A stretch of DNA of 64,000 bases from Phoronis australis (Eukaryota; Animalia; Phoronida): positions 1-64,000 of the forward strand of contig NMRA01000373.1 in NCBI GenBank assembly GCA_002633005.1. The letters run 5' to 3'. Below are positions 1-12,274 of the stretch, one piece after another. The notes under the pieces are model-generated. The model had not been told where the DNA came from. It made no database searches and saw only the letters and a list, made by a program, of their open reading frames with translations. How positions within the stretch are numbered: the first letter of the stretch is position 1; each line of letters begins with the position of its first letter. Made by a program: the position numbers and the translations under genes.

Positions 1-639
1 ATCACAAATAAACTGTGGGGCTATTTCAGGAGTGTCAATCACCTTTTAATTCATCATTGAGGGAAACAGTTCAACTGTGTCAGTAACCACATGGCACTAT
101 GGAAAACATATGAGTGAGAATTAGACAAGAAGTTGACCAACCCACACAATGTTTGTGAACACATAGTTAATGAGCATGTAGTTAGGGTCCCATTACAATG
201 GGCCAGCTTGGGCAGGTTGATAAGGGGATTAAATTGCATAGCAAGAGCACTCACTGACACAATAAAATACTGATACTAAGGCAATTAAACACTAAAAGTG
301 AAAGCAAAGACAAAAGTAAATTCACAGACAGAATATCAATAAATGAGGGTGCAACTACTTCCCACAGCCTCAGAAATAAGCACAGGAATGTTAACGTGTA
401 AACAAGCCGTAAAACCAAAAGAAGAGCAGTCCACACAACCAGTGGGGATAAACACATATCCAATCAAGTACTAGTAGGCTAAGGCATGAATGCCCAACCA
501 CAGCAAGCTGAAAAAAATACCACGACCAATAACAGAAAGGATAAAGTTAAAGTAAAATACAACAAGTATAGTAAACACTGAGCTAGAAGGCCAGTATTAG
601 TTCCTAGGTCAAGAGCCCGCAGATAATCCATGATTACTC

Positions 640-1640
640 GGATGTTTCTAATGAATGTAGTTTGGTTACTGGATGATTTGCGATAACTATTTTCGTCCTA
701 TAGTGTCTGTCTATCATTGCAGTGAATGCAACAGTTCTATTTTGCCAAATGGCCACAGCAAATGTGGGGCATCGGCTCCCTGAATTAACACAATGTCTCC
801 TCGTTGGAACTTTCTGGGTGGTGCCAGATTCCTTGTAGTGGAGTAGTGTTCAAGCAATCATGTCAAATATTCATGTTTCCATCATTTTGCAAAACAATGT
901 AGTGTGTGAGAGTGCTTCCTATACATTTGTCAAACTGCAGTTGAATTATAGTCTGGATGAGAGAGTTTATCTTTGTCAACACATTCAAATATAGGATGCC
1001 ACGCAATTCACGTCCATAGATGAGGTGCGATGGAGTCAAAGTCGTTAAAGATATAATTATGTTATTACCCTATCGATAATTATAATGTTCTTGACTCCAG
1101 TCAGTATGTGTACGCAGTTCTTCTGTATTGACCTAGCTCTATGTCACAGTTCCCGGCTAGGTAACATGTTCTTTTGCATTTTGTACCTGCGGCTATCTCA
1201 CAAACATGCCTCCAGAAAAGTTAACACCACTTATTTCAAAGTTAGTGACATCATGAATGTTATCCACCGGCAGCAGATGAGGATCAGATGTGCCATACGA
1301 CAATCCTGTAATTCTCCGACAAGTGACAGTGTGAACTTTGTCTATTTTGAGGAATCCAAAATCGCTGTCATATGAAGGTTGCACTAGTTTTAATAACGAT
1401 GTGTATGACGCATTTATGTGGAGCGGGGATTATGAGGTCTTTAAATTTGAACAAAGACAGCAACAAGATTGGGAATTTTGCATTATCCGCTAACTTCTCA
1501 TTATCAACCCCTAATGGGTAGCGTTTACTCTTAATTGAATAACTTCATCTGCAGTTTTCGAACAAGTGATGACTTGTTAGCATCAGTTCCTTTGTTCAGT
1601 TGATCAAATTTACAAATTACCTCTCGGAATAAAGTGAATA
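640..1640 (-). mobile_element. Decayed BEL/Pao LTR-retrotransposon pol fragment (integrase region plus C-terminal DUF5641-like domain)
   Basis: Hand translation of the minus strand across stops and frameshifts gives BEL/Pao-type motifs in order: AKFPILL, FI*QRFWIPQ, CRRITG..DPHLLPVD, EELRT, LTPSHLIYGREL, *WKHEYLT*L, GDIVLIQ, APHLLWPFGKI, HPVTKLHSLE. Part of the core appears deleted and no LTR pair was found. Confidence 0.85.
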
Positions 1641-1763
1641 CATTGCTTTTCGCCCATTTGTTCACCATAAGGGTTTGAGAACATAGACTCATGATGCGTT
1701 TCTTTGTGCAAATATCGAATCTGTTAATTCACCTGCTGTCTCTCTCTTTGAGTCGTTTTACCA

Positions 1764-2160
1764 TTTGACCACCAGGTGAAGCAGCTATTGGATGTTGGAT
1801 GTCAACAAACTAACTACACCTCACTTGTCTCTCGCTTTAATTCATTTGACCACCAGGTGGGACAGCTATTGGATGTTGGATGTCAACCAACTAATTCCAA
1901 CGCAGTAAATGTCTGTCCCTTTGATCGTTTGACCACCAGGTGGGGCACCTCCAACTTACTAGGTGTCTCCTAGTTTCACAGTTGGACCACCAGGTAATCC
2001 AGCCATTGGTTTTGGGTGTCAACCAGCTAATTCCAACTCACAGCAACCAACTAACATGCAGCCTGTGCCTGATCATTGTGCTTTTCACCTCCGGATGGAA
2101 CAGCCAATATTCTAGTTGTTTAATTACTTCTGCACAAGGTGGATACCACCAGGTGATGTG
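1764..2160. repeat. Degenerate ~55-100 bp tandem repeat anchored on (T)TTGACCACCAGGTG
   Basis: Core at ~1764, 1845, 1928, 1982 and 2143, degenerate at ~2085. The first two units share CAGCTATTGGATGTTGGATGTCAAC. Confidence 0.8.
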
Positions 2161-2487
2161 CTTTGCAACTGCTTGGTTGTCATCCACGTAAGGTGCATAC
2201 CTAACTAGTTGGCTGGCCTAACTAGTTGATTATGGCTCCCGAAACATTACTAACTATCCCAAATTGAAGAAATCTATCACACACTTCATACACTTGTGTT
2301 AAAATCTGTTGATTTGCGATCCATAACTGATTTATTGAGAGCTATAAAAAACACGTCTACAAACTACACACTATAAAAAGGTGGACGGAAGAGAAAAGAC
2401 ACTGCGCAGGCTCAGCAGTGATTTTTGAGTCTGTAATAATAAATAGTGTCTGGTCATGGGAGCGATTCTAATCAACAAAATCCATAC

Positions 2488-5400
2488 CTCCATCACAGAA
2501 AAATAAAGGATTCTCCACTGGTGGTCTCCAACTTGGTTGGCTGGTCACAACTGAGCTGTTCCCGGCCAATGGAATGCCCTGTTTTGGGTGGGATGGCACA
2601 GAACTAACTGAAGATGGCACTGTAGGTTTGCTTGATGATGAAATGCATGGTACAGCTTGCATCAGAGGCACAGACGATGCTATGGTCCGTGCCATAGCGG
2701 AACTGGCAGCTTGACAAACAGATGGAACTGTTCTTTGAGGAACAAATGAAGATGCACCAGGAGTTCCTGAAATGCCACCATGACAACTTAAAACTTTAAA
2801 ACTGCAGACAAACCTGTCAAAAAAGTAATGCCTGATTTACAATAAAAGTAGTCTCTACTTCATACTTTTATTTAGTGATTGAAATACGAAATCGTTTAAA
2901 GCCTTGGGAGGAACTAACTGCTTTGGTAAGCATACTTGGCACGAATGATCATTATTTTGGACCCAAGCAATAATGGACCATCACTTGTTGCCTAGCCCAG
3001 ACCTGATGAGCAAGGAACCAGTTTAGACCAGTCCCACTAATAGTACGAGGTCGAAAGCAAAAGCTAAAATACCAATTTTTAAGATGAAATTAACTTGTCT
3101 ACTAAATTGAAATCACCTTAAGGCTTTTAAAAGTAACACAATTTGAGTACTCCCAACAAATACAATAATTGCATTCAGCTGAGTACATAAATTATACGAA
3201 AGCTTGACAATCAGCAAATACGAAGCATAAATATCAGATCCACTGCAGACACTTATTTAACAGGCTATTGATCATATATATTATGAACAGTTAACAAATC
3301 CCCCTCATTTCAGCCATTACACTCAGCAACTGGCAATGACTATTTACAGGGGTCCTGGAACCAGTTTGATGTCCATTATTCAGTGGAGAAAACTGGTTCT
3401 CAAAGTGCGGGACTCCTGTAAGTGACTATCATACAGTAAGTAATGAAACTATTCCTCAAACAACAGACACAATGTTTTGGTGCTCCATTCCTCCTTCGGC
3501 GCTTGTCGCACTCATTTGCACAGTTCCTCCAGTTATAAACATGGCTCACTTGCTAAAACACACTACCAGACTTACAAAAGTCATTTATGATGAGTCTGTG
3601 TATGGCAATTGACCAATCACAAGCTCCGCCCCTTGTGAAATGTCAACAAACAAACAATAAGTTTTACCCTGCAACATGTTGTTTGTCGGATAAAATGGCG
3701 GCTTGGAAACGAAGGTGTGTCCAAAATGCTGCATTCAAAGTTATTTTTTGATGTTGCTAAGGTTGTAAAGTTTTCATTATTGTTCAAAACAAAAAATATT
3801 AAAATGGTTTACAGAAAAGTATCTGAAAATCTTTTTGGTTGAAAGTAGAAGGAACTATTATAAAACACAAGTAGCCCTTGAGAGTGCAGCAGTTAAGAAC
3901 TCAGCTCGCCTGTCCTAGTTTAGGTCTGACATCACCTTGCTGAGGTCGCCTTGGAGATTTCCCCATCTTGGTTCTAACCACCTTGCAACTTCTCTACAGG
4001 AAATTACATCAGGTCAAAAGTCGCAACTGGAAAATCACCAGTTTCAGAGCACACAAGGTTAATACGCTAATTTTGTATAGTTCACAGACCTCGTGGCATG
4101 AGCTTCACGTTTCTTGAGCTAGTTTTATTGAATTTCCCAGTTTGAACAAGAATGTCAGTGCAAGGGAATTGTCTCCATGTGGAGTAATTGCTATGGGTGT
4201 GACGTAATCACTTTCCGACCCTTTTGGTAGTAATTGGCAAATCCTACCTTCCTCAACAACGGATTGAACAGGGATCGAGGGAAGCTGCCTGTCTGTATGA
4301 CTGAGAGGTATAGTCTGTCCTTGTGATGTACCTGACGTTGTGGGGCATCCCATGCAGGCGGACGTAGCCGAGCTCTGAGGTGCACTTACAGACGTGCTGC
4401 GAACTGTGGGTCCTACAGAAGTCATAGACGTCATCAGAAATAGGTGTTCAACTACTTGTATTCACTTCTGATGACTCCAGACAAAACACACCACTGAAAT
4501 GCCACACAAATAACATTCCATTTGCAAATGGGGTATTCGATCCTACACTCGATGGCAAGTACTACTGAATAAATGAAATTACATACACTAAACGTACGTT
4601 AATTTGCCAAGTTCCTTTCATAGTCCCCATCAGCAGTATAGAATACTACGATTACACGATTCCGTAAATTCATATTTTCCCTCACAAAAACTCTCTATAC
4701 ATCAACAGAATACAACATCAATGGGAATACCCTCCCAAGGGGGGTATTCTCCCAACAGGGAGACAGGTACGTACGTGAGTGACACAGAGAGAGAAGAACT
4801 CAGCAAAGCATCGTATGAGACTATAATCATATAAGTTCACCGTCTTGTCCACACAGCAAGACATCGCTTACAGTAAATCCTCGCCAATTCAGGACATGAT
4901 ATAGCCAACAGGTGAAATTTCATTTTCTCATATCTTCCAGGAAAGATATGCAGCAACACCACATTAAAGTGGAACTTGCACGCAAATCTCCTTATCTCTG
5001 TGATTGCTTGGTCAAATTAGAAACACAACATATAACGACAAGGTGGATATGAAGTACATTGAAAATTGCAATGTATTTAAAAACGAGTTTTGTGTCGAAA
5101 ATGATTTGCCATAAATCACTCAACCGTGAATGGCAAGTATCATGACGTGGTGTCAGGGAATAACACTGTATGATGCGGGTTATGTGAGCCCCAAAGTACG
5201 TTATTAGTGCAAAAGTCACCTGTTGGCAAAATTTTTTGTTTTCACATTTACAAGTTGTCAATAAATACAATTAGTGCACTTTGTTCAGCGTAGATGACGT
5301 TCAAATAGCATTGTTATTTTAATTAGTTCCTGCTACACATTAGCATAGTTAAGAGCATGCAAATACATCTTTAATGCCTTATTATGTTCAAGTTCTGGAT

Positions 5401-7329
5401 ACAGTAACTACCACAAAGTATTTGTGGGCATCCACGACAAAGTTTGGAGCCTTTCAAAAATGAAAATGAGCACAATTATAAAATTTAGAAATTACTTTTG
5501 TCTGAAATTGGTGAGACTTTACGAGACAACTGAGACGCGTCATACCTATCTCAGCCATTTTTTCTCAAGGATGAGACTTCCTGCAATGGCAGAACTCTCT
5601 TTAACCCGCACTTGACTTAGACCAATGTGATGGGATAAATATAAAGACTATTTCAAACCTTAAAGGGCAAAACCTACCTTCCTCAAGATAGTTCACCAAA
5701 GGTGATCTGTCTTCACAGTCCGATATACTTTTAAGGCAATTCAACTCTGGCATAGTTCTGCCCATTTGGGATCGTGCAGTAGAACACTGCGCTGTAGATG
5801 GTACTGATGAAGTGCTAAGACAGGTTTGACTGACAGAGGCACCATGTGTCAATGTTACAGAAGATAATGCAGGCCGTCCAACTGAGGCTGAAGAACTCAC
5901 ACTGGTAGACGCAACCCCTACTTCAGACGTAGTAGTTGCAGAATTGTCGCCTGAGAGCCTTATGGCTGTGTCTTCACCACCACATAAATCTGTTATTGTG
6001 GGAACATTATCCAAATGACTGACAGCCAGTGATAACCTTGTGCTCGTGGAGTTAGCCCGATAATCGGGAGGAGTGGACATTGTTGAAGATGCGGTGTGGT
6101 TAACCAATTTTGCACTTGTGCTCGAAAAGTTGAAAGGTGAATGAGACGACATGTCTACAAAAGACGGAGCTGGATTGGATGGCCTCATCTCTGGTGATCT
6201 AGATGTAGCATCTTTGAATGGAAAAGTTGTTGCATTTGTTCTGTAGTTATTAAAGCTATCGCCTCTGAATTGTTGTGAGAACAAGTTGTCGCCTTGTCCA
6301 AATGAACTCGATGCACAGCCCGTGGACCCTGCAAATGTCCGATTCTCCACACTTGCATTTAAAGTATACGGATCGCACTGTGTTTGTGAACAGTTAGTAA
6401 GCGTGCGCCGGCGCTTGGTCAAGGTGATTTCAGGAAGTGGTGGAGATTCACTGCTGCGGTGCTTGCGCCGCTCTGGAGGGATTGAATCTGCTGCAGAAGC
6501 AAGTGTTCGCACTCGGTATCCAGCTGCTGGAAGATCTGCAATTAAAGCGGCACAAATCTACAGAATGAAAATTTGTCTAGGTTTAAAGGTCTGATTATTG
6601 AACACACATGCTGATTCTAAACTGGAATGACGTTAACCGACTAATTTACTTTGAAAGGCCATTCTGCACTGGTGCATAAATGATGTCCCACCATCCAAGT
6701 GATTGAAAACTTTTTGACTGACAGCACAGTTTTCACAGGAAAGCAACACATTTTTAGGACAAGACAAGAGAGGGAAACTTGGGGCCATTAAGAATTAGAC
6801 ATTATGCTTTTTGAAAGCACACATACTGTACATATTATCTATGGATCTGATTGCATTTCAGTTTCAAGCTTTCATAAATATTCAAACTTTCTTTAAAAAG
6901 AATTGCAGGTCCTCAACTCATCAATAACTTCTTGCTGGGAATTGCAATTGCTGATGGTGTTTCTGACCAAAATTTAATGAGAACCTTTGTACTTTGATAT
7001 AGGAACTTACTTTGCAACGAAGCACTGTGACCGACCTTGACCCCTTTGAAATGAGTAGTTAGCAGAGACCTACCATTCAAGGTAGAATCGAGAGCCTTAG
7101 TGACTGGAGAACATAACGATGGCATTATAACGGGAGTAGACTGTAAACTTGGTGGTGAAATGATGGGATTTGCAGTAGAAGGATGCTGATGCCCAGGCCG
7201 ATTGTCAGATCGCATAGTTGAAAAACTCGGTGAACTGTATGGTTCCATTGTTGGTCGGGAGAGACTACTGATAAGTTCGGAGTTCAACAAGCTGTTGCTG
7301 AATGACGACTGAGGAGCCTTTTTCGACAT
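2488..7329 (-). CDS. Spliced gene for an uncharacterised low-complexity Ser/Thr/Pro-rich protein (3' end not located)
   Basis: Proposed exons 7329-7011 (ACCATG start, donor A|GTAAGT), 6535-5678, 4412-4248 and 2766-2488. All introns are GT-AG, phase 1, and join in one frame (ORF-track 151, 303, 109 and 75 aa). Basic NLS-like stretch PERRKHR...KRRRT. No recognisable domain. Acceptor at 7410 and a probable non-coding first exon with donor near 8686. Confidence 0.7.
3344..3421. repeat. Short palindromic MITE-like element; partial related copy at ~28021-28085
   Basis: TACAGGGGTCC pairs with GGACTCCTGTA and GAACCAGTTT with AAACTGGTTC. AAACTGGTTCTCAAAGTGC recurs at ~28061. Confidence 0.55.
3611..3702 (+). 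promoter_or_regulatory. CCAAT box, GC box and YY1-like motif cluster (intronic)
   Basis: GACCAATCA at 3611, CTCCGCCCC at 3624, AAAATGGCGGC at 3692. Motif match only. Confidence 0.35.
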
Positions 7330-7495
7330 GGTTGAGAATGCTCTGAAGCACAATGCTTCACTCAACAATAATACAAGGACTGCGCGGATGAGAAGTGGTT
7401 GTCTAGAAACCTAAAGAGATAAGAACAGGGAGATATACAACCTTCCAACCACCGGCACCGAATCAAACTACGTTACAAACGTTACAAAGTTTTAG

Positions 7496-7721
7496 CCAGG
7501 GGCCCGTTCCAAGAAACTGACTTAAGTCTAAGATTTGTCTCAACTATCAAACTTTATATCTTCCACATCCAGTAAATTAGTCAAAATTCACAAAACTTAA
7601 GTCGAAAACTTAATATGAACTCTCTTTCTTTAAACGGAGTTGAGACAAATTTAAGTTATATCTTAAAATTGACTAAAATTTAAGTCTTAGCTAAGTCAGT
7701 TTTCTTAGAAGAGGCCCCTGG
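7496..7721. mobile_element. MITE (~226 bp) with ~29 bp terminal inverted repeats
   Basis: Left end CCAGGGGCCCGTTCCAAGAAACTGACTTA; right end reverse-complemented CCAGGGGCCTCTTCTAAGAAAACTGACTTA. Interior is AT-rich with TTAAG/CTTAA repeats. Confidence 0.85.
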
Positions 7722-8940
7722 TTTATGATGTTAACACACTTTTACTGGTCCATTCCAACGCACTGTAGACAAGTCATCCCTTAGGCTTGCAAATTTCGGT
7801 TTCAAAAAATGTATTAGAAATTCCCTGGAGGCTGTAACGTAGTTCAGCAGTACTAGGAACTGGATATTAAATATCCCTTCCTTGATCATCTCATCAATGC
7901 CGACTTATGGAATAGTGAATTTTACAGGCCAGAACACTATGAAACTATGAGAACCAGTAAATGATGTTAAGACCCTTGAACCAGTTGTGAAAAAACAGAA
8001 CAACCAAAACAGTAGGATATGAAAATAATGAATATTGCTGAGACAACATTGCCCAGTTGTCGAGTCTGTCACCAACAAAGATTCTAAATATTTCCGAGAA
8101 ATTATGGCATTTAAAAGTAAATCGAAGTTGCGGAAACAAAAATATCTTCCAGAGTAACAGCTGCTCTGGCAGAGCCCAACTTTAGGATGAGAAAAATCAA
8201 TGTGTGGGCATCAACGCCCAAATCAGTTTAGGCTTTTGTCTAACACACATGGTCAGTATGGTGGCCAACTGATTTTTGGATTTTTATGTGGTTTAACTGG
8301 GTTTCTTATTCTTCTTCAGTTTTTTGTGTGCATTTGTTATTTTTTGTAATAATTGTATCCTTATAGTTGTGTGAATTTAGGCAATGTGTGGGGTTATAAT
8401 CACCAATTCATTTACCCAATACTACGGCCCTTAGTTTTTAAATGCATATATACATTCTGGTCCATTTCAGGCCAGGCCAGTCGGACACTATGAGGTCAAT
8501 TCCTGGTGCGGTTAACCTGGGTTTGGTACTGCCACGTCCATTCCAAAAGCCAGTATGTTTATTGATGGAAGTCACAGTTTACTATAATTCTATCCATTTT
8601 AAGTTTGTTAAAGAAGTGACCGAGTCATTCCCTTGGGATTGGAAAGCATCCATTGGCTTCCACTAGAAGAATGTGTAAACCTACTCGCCCACGCTGGAGG
8701 AGACTATCTTTGAAATTCTTCAGCTTCCCAATGTTGCTGCCCTCACACCCAGGGGAATTGGATTGGGAGAAAGGTCACAGGAGTGTGGAAATATAATAAA
8801 ACAACACGTTTGTTCAAGAACTCGATGTCTTTGTAAGAGGTTTACATCAAATTTTGACGATTTATTGGTGTAAAACGATGAATTCAAGCGAGAAGTTGAC
8901 ACCAGTAAGCGTGTTGTGAACGGCTGAACAGACTGCGTTC

Positions 8941-8962
8941 GAACCAATTACGTCATTGGTTA
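8941..8962. promoter_or_regulatory. Probable promoter of the minus-strand Ser/Thr-rich gene: inverted CCAAT boxes around a CRE-like site
   Basis: GAACCAATTACGTCATTGGTT lies ~250 bp upstream of a minus-strand donor-like site (CGA|GTAGGT at ~8686). Confidence 0.4.
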
Positions 8963-9313
8963 ATTTCAACACCTCCGTCTGCCGTTAGGTGTCAGGCAGG
9001 GCCGTAGGAGGGGGGGGTGCATGGTTTACCTTTTAGGACCCTGGCCACGACATTGTATTTAGGGTCTCCGCTTTTGCAGTACAGGTCGTCTAAACACACT
9101 TGAATACGAGCACGAAATCAATCTCATTCATATATTTCGAAAAATCAAGAAAATTTTTAAAGCGAAGCTTTTGCGGAGCGTACTAATTTACTGGATTATT
9201 AAATTCAATAAGTCAATTTTGCGAATGCAAAACTATGTTTTTCTAGATGCCCCTCTCAAGCAAGGGATAACTGGGACAACTTTCGCTTATTATTTTCTCC
9301 AAACTGCATACTA

Positions 9314-9557
9314 CATGCGTGCACCCAGGGGGGGCTCGGGGGGCTTGCATGAGCCCCCCATTTGGCAAAGTGGGCAAAAAGGTCCGCCTCAGAGAAACAA
9401 GTAGTCCGAGAAAACGAGACAAAAGTACACTGAAAAGGCACAGACACACAGTGAAGGTGGTACCCCGTTTTTTTTAGTCCCACCGCTTTTTTGTTAGCAA
9501 AAGGTCCACATCGCCAGAAATTCGAGCCCCCCATATTAAAGGCCGGATGCGCGTATG
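9314..9557. mobile_element. GC-rich MITE
   Basis: Ends CATGCGTGCACCC and (reverse complement) CATACGCGCATCC; G/C-run hairpins GGGGGGCT...GAGCCCCCC near both ends. Confidence 0.65.
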
Positions 9558-11436
9558 ACTACTTGAGAAAAATTGATGGCTTGACTGATAACATCAATTG
9601 CTGCGCATTTCTTGATATTTGAAAATATAGATATTTTCATATTTAGGGGCTCCGCCCTTGAAGGAGGCCATTGATGACATTCAAGTGGCCACCCTTTTTG
9701 TGTTTTTATTGACAAATTCTTAAGTGGCCGCTCACTGAGAGAGGGCCCAATGTTGGAATAGATTACCTCTATTTTCCTGTTTTTTGTGTAATCGCGCAAC
9801 CGGCTTTCACGCTGAAGGTCTCTCCCTTAAGATTTCCCATTTCAGACGGTACCCTCTCTCGGAGGAGCAGTTCGAGGGAAATGTCCCTTTGTCTCTCTAT
9901 ATATTATGTAAATCCGACACTGCCAAGTAATAGTGTTCACGATAGAAAGTGAGATTCCAAATTCACCAAAAAACACAAAACATTCATGCACAGCACAGCC
10001 ATTTGACCCAAACAACCAAAAATGTGAAAAAATACAGTAGGATTGCCGCAATCGAAAGGGTGTAATTTTGAAGAACGTGAAGACCACTATTTGAGAATTA
10101 CACAAAAGGACTATTTCCGACGGTTGGTTATAAAATAATGTTAGGCCTACTATTTCCCCAAGTATCGCAAGACTGATAGTATCTCTTTTGAAGATGGTTA
10201 CTATGAGTTTTTTGTAGGGAATTCCCACATGTGGAAAACGCTGCTGTCTCGGCTAATATTTGTGATGACCGTGTACATGTCGAAAGGGGATACTCAAAGA
10301 ACTCTCGCAATCATTATTTAACAAACTTAGATTTCAGCATTTTTTGTCAGTGGAGTTCAAGTTTACCTTGTGAACCATTTTAAATACCTCTGAAATGAGC
10401 AAAAATACACCTCAAAACGAATTCCCCCGGCATCTCCCATATTCCCCCCGGAAATTGCTTAACATTTCATTTTAATAAATAAATTCGTTGGTTTCTTATT
10501 TACTTTTTTATGTATATACGAAAATCGATAGATTCATAGATGATTTTTGACAATTAGAAGCCAAACTTGTAAAAATTGATGATGTTTCAGTGAATTTAAT
10601 TGCAGCCTGAAGCTGGAAAAACTCTATAATCTGTTCCCCAAATAGTAAAGTACACTTATAGACTATTTTTGCATATCTAAAATAACTCTCAAAGACAATG
10701 ATGGAATTCGGACTCACAAACCATAGATAGAAAAACATTTTAAAAATTCTTAAATACATAAAATAAACTCATTGCTTGGAAAGGTTGTCTTTGAACTTCC
10801 TTGGTGTTTTTAGTTTCCAGTGGTATTGAGCATTGAATTTTTGTTCTTCAAAACTGAATTGATTGCTTGTCCTAATTCGTGTGCACGTCATGACTGACAT
10901 ATCCATGCTATAAATAAGATGTAACCATGCAATAGGCACGCGCAGATCTCAGTGATCTACGGGAACTGAATTTGAACTGCAGGCGTTCAGGAAGTGTTTG
11001 AATTTTTGGGACACATTATCCTTTTCCCCAGCCACACCAGAAACTGGACTACCGGTCGTATTTTAACTAGGCACTTTGAAACATCTCCAAAGGCACAGTA
11101 TACCAGGGACTTCACCAGGACATCACCTTTTCAAAAAAACTTCTTGAAAGGATGACAATAATAAAATAAAGTTTTCCCGTAACTGGATCACAATAAAACG
11201 AATCTAGACGTTAGAGCGAGCGCAGACAGCCAGTACAAGTGAATCACAGCTGAGCTGACCAGCAACTAGCTTTAGTTCATCGGGAATTTTGTATTTTCAC
11301 ACTGTTATAGATCTCAGCTATAGCTACTTGAGGCAGCACCTCGCTACTAGTCAGTGTACTGGTTCTATGCCATTCTTACTCTCCGTGTTGGTTCACGGTT
11401 ACTAAACTCTTCATGGCTTCATCTCCGGGATTGTAA

Positions 11437-11559
11437 CAGGGGCGGATCCAGGATTTTTTTACCTGTCAGAAATTCGCACCCCAGAACTGCATGCCGAATG
11501 GAATCTGGGAGAATTTAAGGGGGGCCATGGCCCTTTGGCCACCCCTAAATCTGCCACTG
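11437..11559. mobile_element. Short GC-rich MITE
   Basis: Ends CAGGGGCGGATCCA and (reverse complement) CAGTGGCAGATTTA; internal GGGGGGCCATGGCCC hairpin. Confidence 0.6.
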
Positions 11560-12223
11560 TGCCTCCTACCTAGGGCGGACGTGGGAGATTCGGTACAAAT
11601 ATGGTGGCATCGAGTGCACGGGGGCGAGGGGGGATGCGGAGGTGCTGGCGATTAGGGATGTTGTTTGGCAAAGTCGAAATGACTTGTGCCACCCCAATAA
11701 TTTTTGCCTTCCTATGGGCCTGGTGTGAGTTAAATCAAATGAACTTAATTGCTGTTATAGAGTGGAACTACTTAATCTAAATTGAAGGTTGTTTTTGGGT
11801 GGCATTCTCCTTGGCTTTAACACTCTGCTGACTCTGCCTGGGTTTTCTTTGCAGTGGCTTTATTTTGTATAAGGGATCTTGTTAAATTTTTTTTGGAATG
11901 CTTGGCGAATGACGTTGATTCCCGGGTGGGTCACACACTTTTTAGGGAGGAGGGGTTACGCCCGATATTTCGATCGCTTGACAGCAACCCAGGAGTGGCG
12001 CACTCGCTACTTTCGATTTCCGCCTTCAAATGGGTCGACCCAACTCCAATTCCCAGCGTTTCAATCATCAGAATCCATAACATATGAAGATGGGCTGTTC
12101 GCAAAAGAGAGACACCAGTTATCAGTTGAAATACAGGCAATCAATTACGATAAAAGGACTCTTACCACCAATTGTATTAGAAAAAGTTTCAAACAAAAAC
12201 CAAAACACGTTCAAAGAAGGCCT

Positions 12224-12274
12224 GGAACTTCCGGTTATTTGGCGCGCTTCGTTTAAATGCCACCAGGCGGCATG
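12224..12274. promoter_or_regulatory. ETS, E2F and CTCF-like motif cluster in a CpG-rich patch
   Basis: GGAACTTCCGGT (ETS/GABP), TTTGGCGCGC (E2F) and TGCCACCAGGCGGCA (CTCF-like) within 50 bp. Motif match only. Confidence 0.4.

Noticed and set aside
3001-3060. CTGATGAG...CGAAA, a possible hammerhead ribozyme
   Set aside because: Stem II cannot form between the two core segments and no stem I/III with an NUH site is evident.
6286-6594. Plus-strand 102 aa ORF and similar ORFs opposite exons (47946-48215, 54117-54463, 34191-34376)
   Set aside because: Antisense shadows of real coding exons, with no independent support.
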